DNA from: Vitrella brassicaformis CCMP3155
Lineage: Eukaryota; Protista; Chromerida
Assembly: GCA_001179505.1 (NCBI GenBank)
Contig: CDMY01000465.1
Coordinates: 1-64,000 of the forward strand
Direction of reading: 5' to 3'
DNA: 64,000 bases
The notes under the pieces are model-generated. The model made no database searches. It saw nothing but the letters and a program-made list of their open reading frames with translations, and had not been told where the DNA came from. Below are positions 35,501 through 46,577 of the stretch, in pieces; the stretch's first letter is position 1, and each line of letters begins with the position of its first letter. Both the position numbers and the translations under genes were made by a program.

Positions 35501-35692
35501 TGTGAGGGCACGGAAAGGATGTGTGTATGGATGCAGGAGGTGCGGAGACAGCTGCAGGACACGGCGACCGCCTTGGTGGCCCGGATGGAGTCGCACTGGT
35601 ATCTCAAGAGCATGATGGACACGGTAGCCGACACAAAGACCAAGGAGTTTTTCAAATATATCGAGACACGCCTGGCCCAGCTGGAACGTTAA
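29541..35692 (+). CDS. Large multi-exon coiled-coil protein (possible cytoskeletal role), start uncertain
   Basis: More than 20 short exons with E/Q/R/K/L heptad-rich sequence. One long exon at about 33100-34279. Terminal exon ...YIETRLAQLER* with stop at 35690-35692. Confidence 0.75.
33368..34198 (+). repeat. Three in-frame tandem coding repeats (261 bp, 285 bp and about 285 bp)
   Basis: RFDTL...AMNMMAEDCRGMLERQQER...EI.ALDG recurs at 33368, 33629 and 33914. Confidence 0.9.
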
Positions 35693-36146
35693 CGACCGAT
35701 CGACACATGTCAGGAAGTCAGGGACAGAGGTGTAAGTGTTGGAAACGTTTTCTCAACGCGACGACTGTATAGGATTGCATGTGTACGTGATGTGTGTGTC
35801 TGGTACGTACTGAAGGCATGCATGTCTTACCGTATCCACTCACTCACAAATGCACAGGCAGACATACCGACCGACGGGCGTCCAAAAAGGGCGAGACCCG
35901 ATCGCCAAGATGTGTAGGTGTGGCTACCAGAACTGCACCAACGCGTGGTCAACGTTGCGGACAAGCATCTGGGCCCAGAGCTTGCTCGTCGCGTTGCCCG
36001 CGACATGGCCATTCTGACAGCCACACCGATACACACACAAAACTCAAAGAAAGCCACAGCACCAGCCACCAGACAAGAATGCACACCCCTCCTATACACG
36101 ATCCACAGGCTAGGCCGTCCTATACACTCACACAACCATGCACTCA

Positions 36147-37299
36147 TCAGACCACAATAGCGGACTTGCCATAGGTTTGAGGGCCGAATGGGTGCATCCG
36201 CGCCGTGTCGGCCTCGGGGTCGCCCACAACGATGTCCTCCTCCGTCTCCTCGACTGCATCGGAGCCCTTGGGGAGGATGAAAAGCTTGTGGATAAGGCAG
36301 ATGACCAAAGGCACCAGAGAGAAGAGGGACACGATCGTTGCGGCCATACGAGGGGCTGGAATCGACGCCACCACGACCTACACGCATGCACCACACACAG
36401 CACATGCATCGTGATAATATGGGTGTGAGGGGAGCGGGTGGGCTTACATTGACGATCAGCATTGCCACCAAGACGACGGAAGCGGAGCGCATTCGCGCCC
36501 AGGGCAGATAGACGAGAGAAATGCACACAACGGAACTCACACACCGCACAGTCGCCCTGCGTCAGGACAAACAAGGTGAGTACACACACACACACACACA
36601 CACACGTATCCACAGAGACCTCTGTGTGTATTGCGTGAATGGGTGGGACCTCCTTCTCACCTCAGCGCAGCAGGCACCAGATCTCCCCTGGCCCGGCTCA
36701 CAGCGAAGGTCGGAAACCCCAGCGCCCAAAGAAGAGACCCGTTCAGACCGACGAGCACCACAAACTCTATGGTTCTGCCGCGGACGTGCCTCGGCACACT
36801 CGACCGCTCTTTGACGGCGAACTCACACCACGCAGCCAAGACCGCCATGCCCAACGCGGCGATCGGGTAGAAGCCAAAGTCATCAAGATACGTCAACGAA
36901 GGCACCTGAACGACGCGGAGGCACACACATGCACCTGCTTCCCTCTGTCTGTGCCCGTGTGTGCGCGTGAGGACTCACGTCCATCTCTCCATGCAGCTGC
37001 AGCTTCTTCTCGGGGTACCGCAGCAGATACAGAACGGCAAGCGCCTGGCCCGCGTTGAGAAACGACGTCATGCCCAGCACCGCCGGACCGATTTGGCTGC
37101 ACTGCACGTCGAGGAATGCCGCTGCGATGCAGCAGAGGCCCGTGACACAGAGGAAAGCCGTGTGGATGGCCTGCCACGGCATCGGCTCGAGGATGGCATT
37201 GATGGCGCCGCCGGTGAGCAGCAGTAGGCCGAAGATGACGGCCGTGATGGTGAAGACGATGTCGTTGGTGGTGGAGAGGTAGATCTCACGCTGCGCCAT
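36147..37299 (-). CDS. Multipass membrane protein (about 7-8 hydrophobic segments), unknown function, 4 exons
   Basis: Phase-consistent exons from MAQREIYLSTTNDIVFTITAVIFGLLLL... to ...GKSAIVV*, with repeated 18-22 aa hydrophobic stretches. Confidence 0.7.
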
Positions 37300-37588
37300 G
37301 AGATGGCGCTGGCATGTGGGTTCGCGCCCTCTGTACGCTGCGGGTCGTTACGTTGCGGCCGGGTTTGCGAACAATGCAGTCGCGTTGAAAGGGGGACTCC
37401 AACGAAAGCTCACGATCAGCTCAAGCAGCAGTGGTTTCAGGCAGCACCCTAGCTCAACCAATGCGAGCTTGAGTCCGGAGAAACTTGGCTGTGCCTTGGC
37501 TGTGGCGCGATTGCTCCCGCTTTCCATTCGCCGGCGCACCCATCGCATTAACCAATCCTTGAACCAATCCATTCACTCATCCCTGGCC

Positions 37589-38506
37589 ATGTCCGCATCT
37601 GCGGCATCAGCAGCGGGGGATGAGCTGAAGAGGGGGCTGACGGGCAGCCTGTTCCGGCAGCTGGCGACCATGGAGGGCAACAGCGCCTCGCTCGGCGGCG
37701 CCACCACAATATTTGAGGAGGCGCAGGTGAGCGAGGCCGACCTGCTGGCGGCCAGGCGGATATTCTTGGAGTTTGCTACCTTTGAAGAGGACGGTCATGA
37801 GACTGGAGTGGATGGCGGCAAGAGGGAGAGGGAGAGGGGGGAGAAGATTCTCACGCTGGCCAACTTTGTCAAGATGGCCATCAAGTAGAAGAGGGCGAGC
37901 CCACCACATGGATGGATGGATGTTCCACCTTCTCTCTGTATGTGAATGTATGTGTGTGTGTGGGTGCAGGTACCGTCTTTGTAGCTTGGCGGAGTGCGAG
38001 GCGTTCCACTACTGCATGGGGCGGGAGACCGGCGGGCGTGTGGGGTGGGAGGCGTTCAGCCGGACGTGCGTGCTGGCCGACCCCCACACGTGCCACGTCC
38101 TCAACTCGGTCACCGGCAGACAGCGGTGCAGGGACATCTTCCACTTCTATGACGTCAACAGAAGGTCATTAACCTCACCACACCACACAGAACACACTCT
38201 TTTTCTCTCTCCCATTTCTCATCCAGCGGTGCATTGGAGTTCCACGAGTGGTGCCGCATCGTCGCGGACGCCCTCCAAGTGCGCGACAACAAACCCCACC
38301 TACCGATTGGCGACGGCGAGGAGGCTTCATCCTCGGCAGGTGTAGATGTAGATGTGGACGTAGCTGACCTGATGGAGGCCACGCGCGAGGCCAGGGAGGC
38401 GAGCGTGCAGCTGGGGCTGGAGTACGCGCGGAAAATCAACATCAAGGCCTTCCGCAACCAAGACGATCCACACGTGAGAAAGGGGAAAGGGATGTATCAT
38501 GGCACA

Positions 38507-38538
<32 letters not shown>

Positions 38539-41500
38539 CGTGTGTGTGTGTGTGTGTGGATCAGGGTCTCCCCCCTCCATCCGCGGCGATGGATTTCGAC
38601 CAGTTCAACAGCATCGTCCGCAAGGAGCAGCTCCGCGGCAGCGCCAAGCTATTCCGCTTCTACTCGTCCATCATGCACACAAACACCGCCACCGATGGCA
38701 ACAGCGGCACCATTGACACCGGCCCCCCACCCAAACCCAGCACCACCACCCCTCCCAGGCTCACCTCGACCTTGTCGTTCGAGTCGTTGCGTCAGATCCC
38801 GTCGAACCCCTCCAGTAGCAGCCACTCGGCCCTCACCACACACAGACGGGACGACCCTCCCCCTCTGCCCATCGACACACAACATGAGACTGAGGCCGTC
38901 GAAGGGACGGCGGGCGATGGGAGGCAAGTGCGTGTGTTGTTCCCTCTGGCTGAGCTGGTGCGTCATGAGGCTCTTGGGGCTGAGGAGGGGGGCGTGATTG
39001 AGCTGGCGAGTATTGGTGAGGGTGAGGGAGAGGTGAATGAGAGCGGGCTGAGGGAGCTGCCACTGGGGCTCACAGATGAGGAGGAGACGGCCATCCTGCG
39101 GATCAGAGAGCTCATGGGCGGAGGTACGCCGGGCAGGCCAACCAGCACAGCCCACACGATACCCCAACACACACCTCACAGAAACCATCCTTTGTGTGTG
39201 CGTGTGTATGGTCAGATTCTCCGGCCTTCCGTCATCTGCTGGGTCTCCCTCCGCCCTCTGGCGACCCCCTCACCGCCCCCATGCAGCTCATCCACACTAC
39301 TGCAGACGGCGACTCCACCCCGCTGCCCTTCTACATCCACCCCCCAGCCCACCTCCTCTCACACGCACCCCTCTCTCGCCAATTCCCGCAATGCCGGAGA
39401 CCGAAATCGCCCGACCACGGCAGGCAGAGACAGCCCGTGGACGCGTTCCTGTCGCTCTTTCCCTTCGCCGGCTTGCCTGCGCCGGATGTCATCCACGAGG
39501 CCCACAAGTGAGGCTGACTGTGGACCGATGCATTCATCGTCACAGTGCATATGGCGGCTTGTGTGTGTTGTGTGTGTGCAGGGTGGCCCGTCGTGTGCTG
39601 TCGGATGTCTTCACGGACACGACTGTCTTCATCGGTCGGCTGGAGAAAGCGGCCTGGGGCGGCGGCGGCGGCGGCGGTGGTGAGGGGAAGGGCGGGAAGC
39701 GTTCCGGTGTGTCGGTGTGTTGCTCGATGTTTCTGTGCACCCCTGCGGAGCTGGTGGGCGTGTTGGGTGCGGCGTGCAAGCTGATGGAGGGGGAGGAGGT
39801 GGTCAAGAGGGTGAGTGTGGGGGCCAAGGCCAGTAGCAAAGCTGTCAAGGTCATCGGCAGCATCTATGGACAGGTAAGCGCCGCGCCTTGGCCCCCATAG
39901 AGTCATCATGCTCTTGTCATCTTTGCCCTTGCTCATTAGGTAGCGGACCTTCTCTCGATGCTCGGCCCACCTGCCCTGCTGCCCACACCAGCAACACTCA
40001 CACCCACCATCACCAACACCAACACCAGCAGCAACAGCAGCAGCAAGCCGCCACCGTCCCCCTCTCTGCTGCGAGATCTGGAGCAGGGCACGTGCAGCCT
40101 GGTGTTCCTGGGAGACTATGCCGGCCGGGGCGGGTGGGGGCTGGAGTGTTTGGCCATCGTGGCCGCACTCAAGGTGCGGTTCCCACATTCGGTCGTCCTG
40201 CTGCGGGGCTCCTATGACAACCGGGTGAGTGAGCGTGGGGGCTTTGCGTGGCGCATGAGCGGCGGCATTCTCATGTGTGTGGGGGGGCGTGTGTGTGTGT
40301 GTTTGCAGGCTGCCATGCATCTCGTGGCGTTTCAGGACGAGTGTTCGCGTCGGTTCCCCTCGACAACGTTCCCGAGCTACCTGACCGTGAGCGACACGAG
40401 CCACCACAAAATCGCACCCACAGACAGGAGCGTCCCCGACATGACCTTTGAGCTCTTCGACCGGTCAGCAGAGCGGCCCCCTTTCCCCTCACCCCCATCT
40501 GTATGTCTCTCTCTCTCTCTCTCTGTCCCTCTGCGTGTGTGTGGATGGCCAGGCTCTCCCTTGCAGCCGTGATTGACGGCCAGATCCTGCTCGGCAGCTT
40601 CGTTTCTCGGCTCCCCTCCCTCTATCACCAGCAGCAGCAGCACCAGCAGCAGCAGACATCGCTCCTGTCCTACCTGGCGACACACAAGAAGCCCCTGCGT
40701 CTGATAGTGGGAACGGGAGCCGGGGTGGGGGCAGGTGGGCCGCCCTCATTATTCGTGTCTCTGGAAGCGCTGTTCCTGCCCCAATGCAACAACATGACGG
40801 AGGGCGTGGCGGCATCGCTCGCAGTGGGGAGGCCCCCGGTGCTCACGCAGACACAGATGCAGGACAACGAAGTGAGATAACTGCGCACTAGGAAGGACGA
40901 GGCGACATGCATGTGTGTGTGTGTGTGTGTCTGTGTGTGTGTCAGAGTGTGTTTGAGGCGTTCATGGCTCGTGAGAAGGTTAGCATGATGATGGGCAGCG
41001 GGGTGGTGTCTCGGCGGGGGTGTGTGGTGGCGAGTGGGGGGCGGGTGCTCCTGCTGTGCTCGACGGTCAACTTCTGCGACTGTGTGGCAAACGATGGGGC
41101 GTTCCTCACCATTACCCGGTCGGTCAGCTACCCACGAATGTGCCCCTCTCTCCATCCGTCCACTTCTCTCTGTATCTCTCGCTCTGTCAGCGATGGCAGC
41201 GATATCATCATCCGCCCGCGCTCATTCACAGCCCTCCCTCTGCCGACATCGTCGCAGCAACACTCCCTCCCCCCCTGTCGGCCACCCACACCGCCAACGG
41301 CCCCCACCTCCATGAAGCGCACACACACACGCAAGACCGCGAGAGACAAAGACAGGATGGCCACGACCAAGAGCTACCGAGACCTCCGCACTGGTGCCAC
41401 CACCACCACCACCACCACGAGCGTCACAGGTGCCACCAGCAGCATCAACAGCAGACCGCCCCTCCCACCGCTGCCCCCAACGCAGATATCGCGGCGACTG

Positions 41501-44154
41501 AGATGGCCCGCACAGATCCGAGACGTCGACGCGTACCAGATCTACGCCCACGCACATGAGCACGACGATGAGAATGACGAGATGGAGGGGAGGGAGGGTC
41601 TGGCTGCGTATGGCGTGATGCCGCCGATCTGCGCCGCGATGCGGTATGATGTGGCGGGGAGGGAGGGGGCGATCCGGGTGGTGCTGGGGCTGCCACGGGC
41701 GGCGCTGGACGAGGTCAAGCCGTCGGTGCACCACCCCACACACAATAAGACGTACGTGAGAGAAAATGAGAGACTAACACACATGGATGGCTTGACGGAT
41801 GGATGGATGGATGACCTCTTCTGTCAGCAACGAGGCGGCCTTCGGCGAGCTGGCAATGTACCTCCCCTTCCCGGCCTACCACCTCACCCCTCCCGGCATC
41901 TCCACCCTTCCCCAGCCGCACCATCCCCCTCTCCCACCGCTGTCCATCTCCGTCTCGCCGCCCCTTCCCCCATCCACCCCCACCAAGGACACCTCAACAG
42001 GGGCCTCCGTCACGCGCCGGAGCAGCAAGTCGAGCAAATCGACACAGAAGGGAAGCGCGCACAAGGGCAGCAAGAGGGAGAGCTTGGGCACCAAGCACCA
42101 CCAGCAGCACCAGCAGCCCGGCACGGCCAGGAGGGTCCCCCGGGTAGCAGATAGGGGCCGGGGGAGGGAGGCCGTCTGTGAGGATAACAGCAGGCCGGCA
42201 GAGGTGCATTTCTCGCCACCTCCCCCTCAGCTTAGGCCGAGGAGAGGTTTGTCTGTCGGCCCCACCGGCAGCACCGGCATGAACGTCATCCGCAAGGCAA
42301 CGGCGGCTGCTGACGGTCAGTCCATCCATCCCCCACCCCCCCTCTCTGTGTGTGTGTCTGTATGGCTGTCTGTCTCCTTTTCAGCATTGGCCGCAGCAGC
42401 AGCAGGGGCACAGTCGACAAGGCGCCCTGTCCACGAGAGAGGAGGAGACAAGGGAGAGAAGCCCCGGGCCGTCAAGCAGCCAGAGCCGGGTGTAGCCAGT
42501 AGTGCAGCAGCAGCCAACGCAGCAGCAGGGGACAGCACTGAGGACAGTCAGGACGTGGTGATGCGGTTCACGATGGGGGCGGGACCCACGGATGTCTTCA
42601 GAAATACACAGGCGGCTTGGTGTGCTGAACCCCATACCCGACACACACATTGCTACATGCACACATGGCCCACTGCCTCTCTCTCTGTCTCTCCGTCTCT
42701 GCGTGTGTGTGTGTGGTTGTTGGTAGGGATGAGAGCGGCCTGTCCCTCGAGCAGTGGCATGACGCGCGCGCCGTTCACTACGAGCTCATGTCGCACCAGA
42801 AGCGACACGACCCCCACGCCGCCCACACGATCCACGCGCCACCCGTCAGCATGACCATGACGCCCAACAGACCGCACCAACTCCGGCCGCCGACAGTCAG
42901 TCAACACACATATACACGCCTTCCCGCCTCCCCCCTTCCCGTCCCCGTCAACACACTCTCTGTGTGTGCCTGTGTGTGCAGGGCATGCTGTCCTTGCGTG
43001 GTGGGGATGGTGAGAGTGGCGAGAGAGACCACCACCATCAGCAGGGGCAGCAGCAGCAGCAGCCGCCTGTAGAGGTCGAGGGGTGGAGCAGGGCGACTTT
43101 CGCGCAGTGGGCCGCGTCGGTGGGCATCCCCCGAGCAGAGCTGGACAAGTGGTTCAGGATCTTTGACAAAGACGAAGGTCCGCCGGTGCCCCACCGCTCA
43201 CACACACACACACACACACATACACACACACACACAGATGGATGGATGGATGGATGTGTGTGTGTATGTGTGTATCAGATGGGCGAGTTGGCGAGGGAGA
43301 CTTCCTGCAGGGGCTCTCGGTCACCTGGGGGCAGCGCCATGACGGCATGATAGCGAGTAACTGTGTCAAGACATCCAGAGTGCCCCTGATGCGTGTCTGG
43401 CTGCAGGCATGTTTCGGAAGCTGGCACTCTATCGGTCCATCGGGGGGGCGGCGCCCCACGGAACAACTGGTACATATGTACTAATGGGGGTCATCCGTCT
43501 GCTGTGTCTTGTGCGTGTGTACGTTGTGCGTGTGTGGGTGCGTGTGTGTGTGTGTGCAGTGAAGGCTGTCGAGGTGGCCCGGCTGGCAGAGGACGCTCTC
43601 CGGCTCTATCACATGACCACCGGGGTACGCATTCAGGATGCTGGGCATCACACACAGACAGCTGGTCTCGTGTCTCCTCTCTCTCAGCACCAGCTGCCAA
43701 GAACAGTGGGCTACGAGCGCGTCCTCAACGAGCTTCTCGCCACCCCGACACATCGGCCTCCCCCCTTCTCGCACACACATACCCACACACAGCCGTCCCG
43801 CATGATCACATACGGCGAGTTCCGCCATGCCCTCGACGAGCTCACGCAAGAGCACGTGCCCTTCGACGTGCTCTTCAGGCTGCCACACCACATCCACATC
43901 CGCGGCAGGCATGTGCCCTCGCCACCTGGGCTCATCTGCGTGCCGCCCCCGCCCCCACCGGCGAATCTGCCCCTCTCGGTGGTTTTTGGCGTGGGAGGGG
44001 GGAGGGGCGTGGGAGGGGGAGGGGGAGGGGGAAATGGCGTTGGGGGTGGTGGGGTGAATGTGTTTCAGATAAGCGCGGCGGGGCGGATGATGTTCAAGGG
44101 GGGGCCGTAGAGCGAGATGGACGACTGAGTGGGTGTGGGTGTGGGTGTGCGTAG
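37589..44154 (+). CDS. EF-hand-containing PPP-family pseudo-phosphatase (EFPP-like), multi-exon, 3' end uncertain (44110 or 44154)
   Basis: EF-hand loops DVNRSGALEFHE and DKDEDGRVGEGD. PPP core VKVIGSIYGQ, LVFLGDYAGRG, LKVRFPHSVVLLRGSYDNR, LCSTVNFCDCVANDGAFL, with canonical metal ligands substituted. Confidence 0.8.
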
Positions 44155-44562
44155 GTGGCTGCAAGATCTCATCAAAATCTCATTATATATCCAACAGAGA
44201 GCGTCATACACGCATCCACCGCCCGAACGAACGAACGAGTGGTTCATCCATTGTACACAGCGTCGACTGGCACACATTGGCCGCCTGCACGAACAGAAGG
44301 AAGCGAATGTGGGTCAACACATTCACCCTCATCTGTTCGGGAGGCCAAGTCACGTGAAGCCGTCGAAGCGAGCGGAACACAGCGACACAGGTGGCCGCGC
44401 AGAAAGGAACATTGGCCAAAACAGTCGACCATCATCAAGGGGCATCCTTCACACCAGCATTAATCCACACATGTGCACCTCTCTGTCTGTCTGCCTGTCT
44501 GTCTGTCTGTTATCCACACACCCAGTCACCCACACACATACACAAACGAAGCCATCCCATCA

Positions 44563-46229
44563 TCACTGCCGCCTCCTCAGCGCCCCCAGCAGCCCCTGCA
44601 CCTCTCTCCCAAACTCACCCTCACCCACACTCGGGTACAGCCCACCGCCCGCATTCTCTGGCTGGTCCCCCCCTCCCAGCAGCTGTCTTGACACATTGCG
44701 CACGGCAGACGCCACCACGTCGGGCAGGCCGCCAGGGGGCCCGAGCATCGGGGTGCGGAAGACGGCTCTGGCGCGCCGGGCGCAGTCCATGGTGTACTTG
44801 CCGTCCAGCACACCGCCGAGCAGAGAGCCGAACGCTGGGATGCTGCGGAAGAGGCGGGTGCCACCGGCCTGGTATGCAGATCCATGGATGGATGGATGGA
44901 AAGGTGTGGGTGGGTGGGGGGTGGTGTCAGTCAGATACCTTGGCGATAAGGTGGTATACGACGTTCTCCAGTAGGTGTGCCCATTCCCATGGAGGCACCT
45001 GAGAGCTGCATCACAGCACATGACATCACATGGGAGAGAATGACTGATAAGGGATGCATGTGGTGATGTGTGTGGTCACAAGCTCAGCTCACCCTCCGTA
45101 GACTCCGATCTTCCTCAGGGTGGCGACACAGCCCTCGTCACCCAGCAAACACGCAATGATCTGCATACACACACGGGACAGAGACACAAATACACACACA
45201 AACACTGACGTGCCGGTCTCCCTCCCTCCCTCCCTCCCTCTGTCGTACACACACACCTTGAGTTGCGTCTCGGGCATTTGCACGTCATGACCCTCCATCT
45301 CAGCTATGATCTGACACACACAGGCAGGCAGGCAGTGTGGTCTCTCCTCGACTTCGTGTCGCTCTCCCTCCCCCCTCCCACTCACCCCTGTCAGCCTGCA
45401 GCTGAAGAACAGCGTCGACACCATCCCGATCGGCAGCAGCACCAGAGACGTCGTCCAGTGCAACGGCGTGCCCGTGAAAAAACCTGCAAACACCAACCAC
45501 ACACACACACTCACACCCATCGCACACACATCCAGAACACAGTCACATTCCTGCGACAAACAGACGGACCTGAGAGGAACGCCCCGGATGCCTGGTGGTT
45601 GACGAGGTACTCGAGCGCATGGTTTGTGTCCCGGAACTCCTGGTCGTCCACCTGCTTCTTGAGCCGGTCGGCGCACTGCTTAACGGGGTGGAAGGATATC
45701 AGCCAGCTCATCTCGTCGGCCTGGTCCTGGCTGACGGCCAGGGGCAGCCACCCGAGAGGGATGTGGATGTCCACTCCCGTGAGCGACCACTTCATGAGCT
45801 GCTGCACCGCTGTCTTGAGGTCCATTGTGGTCAGGCAGCGGGCGATCGTCGCACTCACTGGGCGGCTGGAAGGCTGACAACGACGAGAAATGGCCAGGAC
45901 ACATTGCAGTGGATGGCTGGACAGACGGCTGGGTGCTTACGCGTGTGTTGAGGTTGTAGTTTCTGATGAGGTTGTCGAGGCTGTCTATGCGTATGGTCCG
46001 CCGGCAGGCTGGGCACTCAACTCTGCCGTGCTTGTGAAGCTTCCTCAGGCACCGACGGCTGCACAACATGCAGACACACAGACACAGACAGAGTGAACAC
46101 ACGACAGGCTACTAGTTTCATTCCTTTCTCACTGCTCTGCTCCACTTACCAGTAGCTGTGGCCGCAGGGGAGAATCAGCGGTGTCCTGTCAGGCTCTCGA
46201 AATACCTCGTAACACACGGGGCACTCCAT
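44563..46229 (-). CDS. N-terminal C3HC4 RING + EcsC-family-like domain fusion protein, multi-exon
   Basis: MECPVCYEVF...LILPCGHSYC|RRC...CPAC, then phase-consistent exons giving HQASGAFLSGFFTG...LVLLPIGMVSTLFFSCRLTGIIAEMEGHD...IIACLLG...RSIPAFGSLLGGVLDGKYTMDCARRARAVF. This follows the EcsC pattern as recalled (SGF.TG, R...IA..GYD, .P..G..IGG..D). Confidence 0.7.
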
Positions 46230-46577
46230 CTCGTACACTCATCACATTCAGATGTCTCCCTTTTTTCCTTCGGGTTTCCGAAGAAGGGCCTGAGAAACCC
46301 GCGACCCCACGAAGCTCGCAATCTGGAACCCTACACCCGAGACCCAGTTGTTCCCAAAAGCGAAGAAGACAGGAAGAGAGAATAGCTAAGGAGCAAGCGA
46401 GGATGGTTGAAGTATCGCTTTCCCGCTTCAAGCCGTCACAGGGCGTGGTAAGCAACCACACGCTGTTCCTAACACCGCGCACACACTCAAGGCTTGATCT
46501 CATCTGCATCTGCTCCTCTCTGTCTTTCCTCTTTGCAGTGATTCTTTCTTGTGGCTGTAGCCGTGCAGGGCACGACA

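Noticed and set aside
35915-36030. Coding-like plus-strand piece VWLPELHQRVVNVADKHLGPELARRVARD
   Set aside because: It is isolated, lies after the coiled-coil gene's stop, and has no partner exons or motif.
36147-37299. Microbial rhodopsin
   Set aside because: No DxxxK retinal-binding motif in the last helix.
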